Assembly (NCBI GenBank): GCA_030324005.1
Contig: JARDVH010000031.1
Location: 8,393,786 to 8,457,785, forward strand
Direction of reading: 5' to 3'
Source: Negaprion brevirostris
Lineage: Eukaryota
DNA: 64,000 nt
Shown piece after piece: positions 34,256 through 46,480 of this stretch (positions within the stretch are counted from its first letter, which is position 1; the number at the start of each line of letters is the position of its first letter). The translations under genes and the position numbers were made by a program. Below the pieces are notes generated by a model. That model worked only from the letters and a program-made list of their open reading frames with translations. It had not been told where the DNA came from and made no database searches.

Positions 34256-37200
34256 TGCGTGGTTTCCCCACGTAACAGACTGCACTTATGTTGTCATCAA
34301 GGCACCAGCAGGTGAGCCGGGAGCTTCCATGAACAGAACGAGGTTCCACTCAATGAATGTTTAGATCACCTGTGACCGGGGGACAAAGATTCTGCAAGTT
34401 TGTGCCCATTATCAGGGAGCCCACATAATTCTTATATCTTGCAAACTGACAAGGTACCAAGGTTCTTGCACAATTGGATGGCTCTTGGGTGACAAGGATT
34501 ATTCCTTGAAGTGGTGGCTGATGACCCCACTCTGACACCCAAGAGTTGAGGCTAAGGAGAGCTATAATAGGATTTATGCCTCCATAGGATTTAGCATAGA
34601 GGTATTTACTCTGAAGAAGAAAGAGAGGGACAGAAGGTAGAAGAGGCTAGGTGAGTGCATACAGTGTCCCAGAGAGAGACCTTTGAGAGGAAAGACACAC
34701 NNNNNNNNNNNNNNNNNNNNNNNNNNNNNGGATCAGTCATTAGCCTGACACAATTGTGTGCATCTGATTGACAGACACTGCACAGGTTCCCCCAGTGAGC
34801 CCTGAAAAGAATTGCAGATGTAGAAGTTGAGGGCCACCATGACCCGCTGAAGGGGTCTTCAGATGCACTGTCCGCTCCGGGCGAGCATTGCAGTATCCTC
34901 CAGAATATGTCTTCCTCATAGTTGTCAAATGCTGCAGCCTATGCAATCTTTCTCTTTCAGGAAGGTATTCAATAAAAGCTAAGGAAAGCTAGACAGATTC
35001 TGATTACAATGAAGAGTGTGAGGAAGAGCCTAGGAATGCACAGAATGAGGCCATTGAAAATATTCAAGCAACAGGAATGTTTAGGGGCACAGGAACAGGA
35101 GGGTGCTTTGATCCAGCAAACCTTCAGCTAGGTATCCAAGGTATCGATGCTTACTCAATCCAATGTTTGCAAAAAATAATTAAATGAGAGCCCAACCCAG
35201 AACTCCAGCACCACACAATGCCTTACAGATACAATTCTGAGCCACATCTGGCTACTATTCAAAGCAAGTAGCCAACTCAGCCCATTAAAGAAAATGTTTA
35301 TGTTACTTCACATGAAAGAAAGAGCATGGAAACTTCCCATACTTAACGGAAGCTTCTAAACAATAAATGCAAATAATGTCACTTGTCACACACTCCCTTT
35401 TGTGCTCGAGGTACCTTAAACTTAGGCCTGTAGTTACTGCATTTTGGTGGCCCCTGCAACCTCCTGACTGGCAGTGGTATTGGAGGCAGTCTGCTGGTTT
35501 TGCTGTCCTGGTGGCCGTGATTACCTTGACGGTTGTCCTCCGGCTGCCTAAGCCTGAATTAGCTCCAATTAGGGCACTTAAAGCATGCATCCCTCAGTTG
35601 TTGCGACATCATTATGTGCAGCAGCCACTAGCAGAGGGGTGCAGAAGCTGTTTCCTCATCCAAAGTGTCCTTAGAGGAACCCACAGAGATGACAAGCAGC
35701 ACATTCACCAGCATGAGGTGTGTTTGCATCTCCCTGCTCACCATTGACAGACAGACACACAGAGCAGACCAACAAGGCACTCCATCCATCTCTCACATCA
35801 TGTCCTGCTGAGGTCACAGGTGGTGTGTTGGACTGCAGGTCTAATTGCAATCCCTGGAACCCCTCATTCTGTTTCTGAAGCTGTATCTCCATGAGAGGCC
35901 CCACTCTCTTAATGAAGGAGGCTCTGCATTCAGTGCTGAGGGTCATATTCCCCATGGACTCCTCAATGACAGAAGCTATGGCCCGCAGATCTCCATGGAT
36001 CTCTGTCATATCTCCCTGCACCCCCCACTGTACATACAACTGCCTGATGGATATCTCCAGAGGCTCGTATTCTGCCCTTGCCTCAGCATTGTCCTGGTCT
36101 CCAGCAGTGGTCCCACTGTCAGCACGCTTGGACTTCTCTACCTCTGCCATCTCATGCAAATATGATGTGTTCCCATCACTGTGCACTACCTGTGGAGGCA
36201 ATGATTTAATGATCACTGGCATGTGAGGACTGCGCCGTTGCCTGATTCAGAGAGCAACAGTGTGACACCGGTATAGGAACGATGTCTTCCTGGCTTCTAA
36301 ATGGGAAATCCGTGTGTTTGCCTGCGGCTCCTGCAGATGATGCATCTGCAGAAAGATGGCACAACAGCGGTAAATTAAATCATCATCATCACTATACATG
36401 CTAGGTGGCCTGCTGAGACAATGTAGATCTGTTGTCTGGTACATCTGCATTGAAGTTTCAATGGGTACGCTGCCTGCGACAGCTCACTTTCTGATGAGGG
36501 GAGCTTGTGATGTCCCTGTACACATCTGGGACCTACATGCTTACATTCATCCCAGATCTCTAACTCACCAAGGCCGGAAACCAAGATGGTTGGTGGCACT
36601 CCAGCTCAAGAAGAATCCTTTCATTCTTAATGAGGGCCAGTAGATTTGGGATTCCCCTAAAGGTTCAGATGTGCTCTGCTATGTTGTGATGTACCTTCTC
36701 CCAACAGGAAACAGTGGAAAGCCTCATTGGTGTTCTATCTTCCCTAAGATCCATTCTGGATGTCCCCTCCCCCTACCTGGGCATTACGTGGGACATTTCA
36801 CTGTGACACACTTTCCCCTCCAATGCATTGAGAGTGCATACCAGCCTTTGCAGGGCAGGCTTCAGTGCCTGTTCACATGCACACTTAGACCCGTAAGCAC
36901 ACAGGGGAATGGACTGTTGACTACACCTCTCTACAGAGGCCCATGCCATCTCTGCACTTACCCTTGCCATCCAGAGAAGATCATTGAATCTTTTGCAGCA
37001 TTGAAATCAAGTATGGCACATGACATTGCACCCACCAATCTCAGCAGCAACCTCCAACATGCATTCTTCGTCAAATGGAGTAGCCTTTTCTTGCCATCCT
37101 GCTGCCTGGCACTGAGCTCCTTCCTGCATTAGGGCATCCAGGCATTCATCAGTGAAACAGGGCACATTTGACCCACCTGACCTGCCCACCTGCCTCACAT

Positions 37201-37491
37201 GACCTTCTGGTGCTAATACCATTACTGTTCATGACACCACTAGCAATTATTGAATTAAGCTCCCTCAGCCTCTCCACAACTCCTGGCTGTACTCAGGGAG
37301 CTGTCATTGGCTACTACCTGACTAGATCCCACACCCATGCCTAACTGGAAGGTGCATTTCACACTGGGTAGGCCTGAATTAGCCGCCCAGCATGATATTG
37401 TGCTAACAATGTGATCTCTGGCATGAGCAGGTTTTACAACCTCTTCCAATCATGTCGACATCGGGTGCATCCTGAAGGTAAAATCTAGGCC
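34256..37491. mobile_element. Decayed two-gene PIF/Harbinger transposon: DDE transposase on + (34256-~34740), Myb-like gene on - (~35330-37200)
   Basis: + strand GFPHV.DCTYVVIKAPAGEPGASMNRTRFHSMNV*ITCD…GWLLGDKDYSLKWWLMTPL matches the HARBI1 motifs DCTH / NRKGFHS / LLGDxGY; - strand PCFTDECLDALMQ…LEVAAEI…QCCKRFNDL plus the 183-aa frame 35671-36222; terminus GTAAAATCTAGGCC. Confidence 0.85.
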
Positions 37492-38100
37492 CTTGTCTTC
37501 TACTGTCAAAACAATTGCAAATATTTGTTCAGTCTCTACTATTTTCTCATTCGGCATTATAATTTATCGTGACTCTGCCTCGAAGGGACCAAAACTTACT
37601 TATGTACACTTCTCTTTATGTTTAAGCTCTTAAAATCCATTTTTTCTTTCCTGGCTGGTTACTCTTGCATTTTTCCTCTCTTTTGATTAACTTTGTGGTC
37701 ACTCTTTGCTGGCCTCTTTTAATGTAATGTTTGCCCTAATTTCCCTTCTAAGCCGTGGACGCACCTTGCCCACAGTGTTTTTGTTTTTTTTTAATTGAAT
37801 GTATGTTTGTGGAAAAATTTTAGTTTTTTTCTCAATGTTNNNNNNNNNNNNNNNNNNNNNNNNNNNNNNNNNNNNNNNNNNNNNNNNNNNNNNNNNNNNN
37901 NNNNNNNNNNNNNNNNNNNNNNNNNNNNNNNNNNNNNNNAAAATTTTAGTTTTTTTCTCAATGTTTCCAGTTGTTTGTTCACAGCCATTTCTTGCAGCCT
38001 GTTTATCTGATCAACCTTAGCCAGCTCTCCCTCACTCCCAAATGAGGGAGGTTTCAAGTTTAAGGTTATAATACTGGACCCAAATATATTGCTCTCAATC
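37492..38100 (-). mobile_element. CR1 ORF2 middle fragment
   Basis: - strand SIITLNLKPP…ELAKVDQINRLQEMAVNKQLETL…FIQLK…MDFK…GPFEAE…IIMPNEKIVETEQIFAIVLT resembles the CR1 EN-RT linker. Confidence 0.6.
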
Positions 38101-38109
38101 TTAGCCCCG

Positions 38110-38376
38110 CTCATCTCCATATCCCCACATATTTACCTTGGCTAATTCAACTTACACATCTTAGGACACTAGGGGCAATTTAGCATGGCCAATCTACCTA
38201 ACCTGCACATCTTTGGATTGTGGGAGGAAACTGGAGCACCTGGAGGAAACTCACCCCGACACCAGGAGAAGGGCAAACTTCACAAAACAGTCAGTCAAGG
38301 CCAGAATTGAATCCGGTTGCTGGCACTGTGAGTTAGCAATGTTAACCATTATACCACTGTGCCACTGTGCTGCCCT
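38110..38376 (-). mobile_element. HE1-like SINE
   Basis: GGGCAGCACAGTGGCACAGTGG head; CCAAAGATGTGCAGGTTAGGTAGATTGGCCATGCTAAATTGCCCCTAGTGTCC core. Confidence 0.88.
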
Positions 38377-40789
38377 TGATCTAATAAAAAAAGAGCCAGC
38401 CTTGAAATCTGCAACTTTTTTTTGGGAAGCGGAATCTAAATTTCTTATTACTGTTTTGTGAACAAAGTACATCAATTAGAGTGACCAAAGGGAGGTGAAT
38501 TCAAAGAAAGGAGAGCAAGGAGAACTTTAAATGGAGTTTTCACTCACTGCTCAATTGGAATAACCTGTGTGAAATTTCTCTCTGCAGTACTTTTCCTGAA
38601 AAGAATTAACAGTGCCAAATTTTTGTTTAGGTATGGAGATACTTTTCAGTGTGTGAATGGCCACATTTAGTTTTTTGGAGGAAATCTAATTTTCCTTTGT
38701 ATTCCCAACCCCATATCGATTTTCCTCTGGCATTTTTACAAATTGAGAACGTCTAGTATCCAAAATGCACGTTCTGAAATCAGGTCCCCATTTTAAATGG
38801 GGATGAAATTAGATTTCCTTCCACATACCATTTTCGTTGGGTGAGGCAAGGAAGCCCATTAAAAGCATAGCAGGTTTGAGAGCTTATGAAGAAAATGGAA
38901 AGACTGCAACATTTGAAAGGTCATTGCAAATTGTGTCACTTCCAAATGTCACTATTAGGTGTTGTAATGTAGATGTGCTTCCAATACCGTGGTTTATCAT
39001 GGGCATCTACCTTTGAAAGTTACACTGATCCTTACATCGACAATCTTGTGTAATTGTTCACATGTATTACAGTAATTTTCTAATGGAGAAAGCACCATAA
39101 TACAGTGAAAAATAATACAAAATGTCCTGTCAGCCTGTAGTGTCATTCTTTGTACAGTGCTAAAAGAAAACCTGGTTCTGATGCTTGAACAAAATCTACA
39201 CCTGAAAAAAAAGGAAGCATTTGTTCCCTTACATTTATCAGCAGATCTCGATTTTAAAATTGAAATGACTACCTGCTGTTCTTTCCCCCCCAAGATTAGT
39301 CCATTATTAGGAGAACTATGTCAAAATCAATGTTTGGTTGGGTTTCAAGTCCTAGTGGGTTTCAGCATATGAGCTGTTACATGCATCTGAGAATGAATGA
39401 CAGTTTCAAAAGATTGTAACAACAAATTGTTTCTTTGATGCGGTTTCTGGTTTATTTACGTAAGCAAATAGGAGCACTATTTATTATTAGTGATCAGAAG
39501 GATTTTTTCACACAGCAACAAGTACTTTTTCTGAATATGGAGGATATGGAGACTTTTACTAGATGATAAAATGTTTAATTTTCCACAAGAATTGTAAAAT
39601 ATTTTACATTGATATGGCGTGGAATTTGAGGACTGTACATATTGTGTACTGGGGGTGTAGTGTAGACGATACTTGGGTGGCAGTGAGGTACCGTAGGGTG
39701 ATGTGAGTGATCTGAGGGGGCATGGGTTGCCACAGGGTGGAGAGGGGTAAGAGAAGTGAAAGGTGATGTTTAGGGGGTCTTTAATTACTGATAGGGTCAG
39801 GATACTTTGTTGGAGAACCAGGTGAGCCTTCTAATTCCTCACACGGATCAAAATGGCTTGCACACTACACCATGAACATGATCCCAGTGTGAAAAGACAA
39901 AAGTGGTGTGTGAAGTCACACATGGGTCAGTGTACAATTCGCAAGCCACAAAAGTGCACTGGTCTGGTTTCCTGAATGCAGAATGGAAAATACCACACGC
40001 AATGCTGTGAATATTACTACAATAAGCAGCCTACATGAGTTCAATACATTTCCAAGTATAGCTGAAGAATAATTACCAGGAGATAGCCTGGAGGGGGGAG
40101 TGAGATTTTGAAAGCAATATAGTAGCTTGGCGAGAAACTGATAAAATCTCATCATCACCTCTACTGGCTCGAGAATTAAACAGTCATCCTTCACTAGACT
40201 TTAACACTCTTGTTCGAGAGCTGTGAAACCCAAGGAAGTACCTCAGCTGTTCTATTAGGAGGCTGTTCCTAATTAGTGCAATTAACAGTAATTAACACTC
40301 CCATATTAACAGTCAGATTGACTATCTAAAAGCTGTCATACACCATCAGTCACAGGAATTACCTCTGAAACTATTAATGCAATTATAATGTATGCACAAC
40401 TTTGCCTGCACAGAGTAGCTCTACCACTGCTATATTAAAACAAGAGATACATATTTTGAAACATTTCAGTGATTATTTTAAAGAAAGATAAGCTTGATTC
40501 CAATTATTCATTGCTGCAGTCTCCAGTCTCAAATTATAAATTCTTGCTTAATTTAGGAAGATTGTCTAATCAAAAGGGTGAATCAGCTGTAGTCATTGTC
40601 ATTTTAAAACTTGACTGCTATTTCCATGAGTTCTCACTGCAAGACACTGAATAGGTTAACATGGAGGTAGTAGCCTAGAAAAGGGATTGCATACAGAAAT
40701 GCTTGATTGGGGAACAGGATTTACTTTGCATGTACCTGTTAGTGTTGACTTGAGACAACACAATTTATAGTGTGTGTACTTGTTATGAT

Positions 40790-42990
40790 TATTCAGGTAC
40801 TTAGCCAGCACTCTGCTTTTGAGGCTGGATCTGCAACAGCCAAGCAACTCTTAAAGGAGTAGTGCACACTGGCTGCATAGCCCAGAGAAACACTTAGAAG
40901 GCGAAGAACGGCGGCAAGCCTGGCAGATTATACTTCCAATTTTAATGATAATACTTGCAGGTTTTGAAGCAGGCAGTAGACAGAAGGGAGATCCATTTCT
41001 CTCCCATGAGGCAGAAGTTCCTCTCGGTAACGATTCCACTGACAATGGGAAGAGGTAGCAAGGAAAACAAATGTCAGCGCATGGTTGGAATGACCTCATC
41101 AAAATTGTCAAGCTAAGGAAACTGCTCTGTTACAATCTGCTCACATCTCCACTATGACAGTACATTGGACGATGCAGCTCCAATTTGTGTAATGGCTGCA
41201 TGCAGAGCATGGAAACCATTCTGTCCAAAATGGATTAAGTGGTCAGTCCCATCAGCACATTTGTGACACCATACAACTGACAGCCTCTTCTAAAAGCATG
41301 TATAGCTGTCATTATGTAATAGCATTCCTAACCTTTGCATTCAGTATTTGAGCAGATCTACATAAATGCTGTTCCGGGAGAAGGGAATTGTCTTCTTGGG
41401 AAGGACATTTTCTGTCCTCACTGACTCTTCATTTGACCCACATGAGGAGCCAGAAAGGACAGAAAATGCCTGTATTATACCTGTGTTGTACCACAGAGCT
41501 AGTTAGGCTAGTCTGCCCCAGGCTACAGCAAGATGTTGTAGTCCGTGGCCAGACACTCAATACCTAGAGCTGCTCAATGTCACCAACCAGTCATCTGAAG
41601 TGTCCTCAAAAAAAGCCTTCTACATCCCAAATTATAGCCACTTGAATACTTCAAGGAGGTACTAGGAAAAGGAAAATGAGCACAAAACCAGGCATTATAA
41701 GCTTGCAAAGACCAAATTTTAATAATTTCTGCTCACTGTAGGAATTTATCACTGTTTGATAAATTAGCTTTTGTTCTGGATCTGATAGTGTTTGTAAAGG
41801 TGTCTTAGTCCCTGCAGACCATAGGCTGGTGGTGATTTAACCTACGAGTCAGCACACCTCAGGCGAGTGACAAGGTTAAGAAGGTGGGACTTCATGAATT
41901 ATCTTAGCCAGTATGGAACTGAACCCATGCTTGGCATCACTCTGCATCATAAACCAGTCGTCCAGCCAACTGAGCTAAATCAACCATTAGTTGTAGTGAA
42001 GGGATAGTAAAACCAATATCGCTGGAATGTAGGAAGGTAATTGTATGTTGGTAGTAAGGATTACATTAATAATAGTGTGACTTCCTGTATTGAGAATGAG
42101 AGTCATGGTTTAGATAAAATGTTGTTGTCCCAGATGCTGTTTCAGAGCTCTGACACTTAGGGGCATTAATCATTGATGCTCTCCCTCCTCTCATGCTCCT
42201 CCTTCTTTTTCCTCCCTTCTTCCTGATCCTGCTGGATTTGGCATATTCCAAGGCACCTTGCACCCTGTGGAAGCCAACAATGTGGGAAAAGACTAGAACT
42301 CACTTGGTTTGCTCATTACATCCATAGTGAGTGGGATGTCAATGCTATTCCTGGTGCAGAAAACCTTGGTATCCTCCTCGATACAGCTGTGGACTGAAAC
42401 TGTGATATGCTGCGGATGTTACCTGCAGCAAACTGGAAGAAGCCCGTGACATAAAAGTTTAAGGGGCACAGGCAGTTCTGTCCCATGCTCTGGTTTAAGA
42501 CTTGAATTGTGGCTACAGCAAATAGGCACAAGAAGGGCCAACAGGCCTGTTTCTGAGATGTAATTTTCTATGGTTCTATGGTTCTAAGTGATGTAAATCA
42601 ATGACAGACTCCTTGGTAAAACATTGGTGCTTCATACATTAAAGAGAAGTTGAGGGAAGAGAAATTTTCCTGGAATACATGTTGTGGATGTGCTGTCCTG
42701 CATAATGCCTTCTTCTTCCAGCTGTCACGGCTGCTCTTGCACTCTGCTGTCTTCCTTGCTTTGAAAACAGCATTACCAGACCCATCACTGTATTCAACCT
42801 ATTTATAAAGTAGCTAAAAATAGTCCAACACCAACACCAGGACATCTTGGCAGTTGATCTTAAACTCTCCAGAGTTAGAAAACATGCCAAAACCAAAAAC
42901 ACAAATTCAGCAGTCTGAAATGACAAACCTATTAATACTACAGAATCCCTTTCAATAGTGTGAGGGACTAGGACCTCAGTCACCCTGTAT
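40790..42990. mobile_element. Decayed two-gene PIF/Harbinger element: Myb-like on + (~40930-41700), transposase on - (~42050-42800)
   Basis: + strand NFND…LQVL…WEEVAR…WNDLIKIVK; - strand GRRRHY, PLNFYVTGFFQFAAGNIRSISQ (HARBI1 HTH: LNFYATGSFQ…GD…ISQ) and IVGFHRVQGAL (IAGFPxVQGAID). Confidence 0.7.
41800..41988 (-). mobile_element. tRNA-derived SINE (family of 48396-48625)
   Basis: Reverse complement GGTTGATTTAGCTCAGTTGGCTGGACGACTGGTTTATGATGCAGAG…ATGGGTTCAGTTCC. Confidence 0.8.
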
Positions 42991-45695
42991 TTTGTTTAAT
43001 AAATATATAGAGATATGCTCATTGCTCCCTCTAAAAATTTCAAACCGGAAAACACCTAAAGTGGCTGAATCAATGTCTGTCTGTGATTCCAAACAAAGTA
43101 AACTCCCTGCCAGTATTGGAGAAACTCACACATCATTACTCCTGAAGAGCCAACCCCTGTAAGATATAAAGACCAAATTCAAAAATTTTACAAAGGCCAT
43201 CTGCTTTTCATAATCCTGGCTGGCCAACAAGAGTCTGCTCATCTGCTAAGACAAAGGGCCTGCAAACTTTCTTTCAGTTCTTAATGGTTGAGACATTTAT
43301 CAATCACAGAGAACCAGATGAGAAATATCTGTCCTTGTCAAAGGCAGCATGCAGAAATGGAAGTCATGTAACATGGGCTTCTGCCTTGCAGAGCCAATAA
43401 TATCACCTTGTTGAACTGCAAAGTCTCAGCCTGTTTTTTTTTTGCCATCTATCTAACGGTGTCACAACAGGGAGATATGGCCCAGGTGGGACACTTGGCC
43501 CCTGTCTACACTCCTTCTGCTGAAGGTTCTGTACTACAAGACTCGTTCAACTCTGCATGTTTATCTCATCATGTGAAGTCAGCACTACCGGAAAAGTGAA
43601 TTACCCAGCATCAGTTTTCAGTTATCAACTTCCATGAATGAATACCTCATTGGAATTTAAATTTACACACTGGAATTTTCCCAAAATTGGCAAGTGTCAG
43701 ATCCAGACTGAAAACTGGCGTGTTTATCCCCAGAGAAACATAGGTTTTCCATCCAGATCCTCCCATATATTATCATTTCAAATCAGAGGGGCATGTTTCG
43801 CAGCATCATTATTAGGAGTGAGTCATAAATATGCAGGTAAGCCCAGTTCCATTCGGAGGAAAACGGTGCCCCCTTCTCTAAGTCCTGTAAAAAGCTCCCT
43901 CTNNNNNNNNNNNNNNNNNNNNNNNNNNNNNNNNNNNNNNNNNNNNNNNNNNNNNNNNNNNNNNNNNNNNNNNNNNNNNNNNNNNNNNNNNNNNNNNNNN
44001 NNTGTTTCGCAGCATCATTATTAGGAGTGAGACATAAATATCCAGGTAAGCCCAGTTCCACAAAGATCAAAAAGGTGCCCCAATCTCTAAGTCATGTAAA
44101 AAGCTCCCTCTCCTCATCACCCATTCGCAGCCCCCCCCCCCACCCCCCAGTCATCAACATTAGGTCTTTGGGTCATCAGTTCCTGGACTTCCCCAGTTGC
44201 CCCAGGCACAGTCATCATATCTGGTCTCCATTTTTGGAAATCAGTATTGATTCCCACCAACATTACATCATGCTGATGGGTGGGAACGTGCTGCTCCCAG
44301 GAGATTTGGTGTTAAACCAGTTTTGAATATTTAAACATATTTAAATGAATGGTGATCAGGCTCATGCCCTCACTGGGGTGAACCTGAAATGTCACAGTGG
44401 GGGCATGGAGAAAATCACATTCTGAAATCTTCCTGGCTCAAATCCCATTATGGCCCTTTCACAAGAGTTTCTGACCATCCAAGATTTGCGCCTGTGTCAA
44501 ATGTTGCTAGAATATCACTCCCAATATTTCTTTTCACTGGGGCCTTTGCACTGTAAATATTTATTTTCTCTTTTTTACTGTATGAATATAAGTGAATGAA
44601 TATTGCAGCCCTCCTCCTGAATCCTGAGCGTGTGCAAATAAATTAACCCTTTGAGTTCCCCCTATCTCAAGTTTGCTGTGAGGTTGTTAGAAAATTGGAT
44701 CATGGCAAAACCGAGGTATTGAGAAATACACCACCATTTATAAAGGGGGAAACAAATTAAAATACCGTTCTGTGTGCACTTGGGTGATGAGAGGAAAAAT
44801 TAGTGCTATTTAAATGCTTCCTATTCACCTCAATTATTCTTTGTGCTGGTGACTTCTGTTGCAATATGCCTTTAAAAAATGACATCATTAGAAAGGAAAT
44901 GTGTTATGCAATTGAGTTTTAGTTTCACTTTTGCTTTTAGCAGAGCACTGAAGACAGCTCGACTGGCATGTCTTCAAGCCTCATACCTATGTATACCTGT
45001 TCTCGTGTGCCCAGTGTGAATAAGTGAATCCATAACTTGTTTACTCAATCCCTTATGCACTCTCGACANNNNNNNNNNAGAGATTCTATTGGATTTATTA
45101 ATGACTACCTTGTATTTGTAGCCCCTAGATATAGTCTTACTCGCAAGTGAAAATACCTCTTTTAGCCACTGTGATTTATAGCAGTTTGGTGGTAGTTCAG
45201 AGGCTGCCAACCAGCCTGTTCCCAGGAAATGTGTTGGTTATTTAAATATTTTAATTACAGCTACATGTCCAGATGTCATCACAATTCCAAGTTTAACCCT
45301 AACTGACCAAGATTTCCAATATTTGCAGCTCCCAAGAACCTTCTTCAACTCTTATAATGGAAGATCCCTCCTCAACCCCCTTCAGATCAAACACCCATGA
45401 TCACCACTGGCAATCTGCAGTCAACCTCTCATGAACAGAGCATGTTACAAAGGCTGAATTTTTTTTTGAGGGGCATGTGCTACTTGCCCTTCTAGAAGTA
45501 GCAGCTGCTGTTTAACATGCTGAGCGTTGACTTCCACTGTTCTGTGGAAGGAAGCCCCACTGCATGAGAGCAACTAGAGGAGGGGGTACTCCCTGNNNNN
45601 NNNNNNNNNNNNNNNNNNNNNNNNNNNNNNNNNNNNNNNNNNNNNNNNNNNNNNNNNNNNNNNNNNNNNNNNNNNNNNNNNNNNNNNNNNNNNNN

Positions 45696-45856
45696 CCCTC
45701 TCTCTCTCCCTCTCCACCCTCTCTCTCTCCCTCTCCACCGTCTCTCTCTCCCTCTCCACCTTCTCTCTCCCTCCCTTTCCACCTTCTCTCTCCCTCCTTC
45801 TCCACCCTCTCTCTCCACCCTCTTCACCTTTTCTCTCTCCCTCTCTCTCTCTCTCC
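45696..45856. repeat. CT-rich minisatellite (CTCTCTCTCCCTCTCCACC-like ~21-bp unit)
   Basis: Directly visible tandem pyrimidine units beside a gap. Confidence 0.9.
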
Positions 45857-46149
45857 ACTGTTTCTCAACTCCATTCCTGAGATCTGACTCATTTAACGTG
45901 ACTATTTTTAACAAGGTTGCTTTGTGGTCTTTGTTAATGACCCACCAGTTGTGCCCACAACTTGGACATTGCACCAAGTGGATAATTTTTCCTGTGGTGG
46001 TCCTAACCCGTAACTCACCTCGCTGGGATGGTTAATAACGCAGGCGATTTATTGACAACTTCATATACGGTGCGTTTCATTCACACCTCACTGCTCTCCA
46101 GAATTGGGGCCCTACTCACACCGAGGCTCCTCACCTCTCTGGCACAGAT

Positions 46150-46480
46150 AGGGGCAGTAGCAGGGGGAGAGTGAGAGGGAGGGAGAGAGACAGGCAGAGG
46201 CAATGAGGTAGCGATGGAGAGTCCGAGAGAAAGAGATGAAGGCAGGCATAGAGAGAAGGAGAGAACGAGGCGGAACAGAGAGAAAGGGTGGGAGAGAACA
46301 AGATAGGGATGGAGAGAAGGGGAGGGAGAGAATGACACGGGGACAGAGAGAAGGGAAGGGAGACAACGAGGTGGAACAGAGAGAAGGGGAGGGAGAGAAC
46401 TAGATAGGGTTGGGAGACGGGAAAGGAGAGAGGCTGTGGGAGGGTACGGAGAGAGCCGTATGGGAGGACAGGGTGGGGGG
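46150..46480. repeat. GA-rich low-complexity tract with a ~100-bp internal duplication
   Basis: AACGAGGCGGAACAGAGAGAAAGGGTGGGAGAGAACAAGATAGGG (46264) recurs as AACGAGGTGGAACAGAGAGAAGGGGAGGGAGAGAACTAGATAGGG (46365). Confidence 0.8.

Noticed and set aside
37815-37965. Direct repeats flanking 100-N gaps (also 47031-47153, 57157-57280)
   Set aside because: Identical sequence on both sides of fixed-size gaps indicates unmerged contig overlaps, not real tandem repeats.
43794-44111. Diverged ~110-bp duplication around a 100-N gap, with a CAG|GTAAG site in each copy
   Set aside because: Most simply a contig overlap with low-quality ends or two haplotypes; not a spacer-repeat array or duplicated exon without long-read support.
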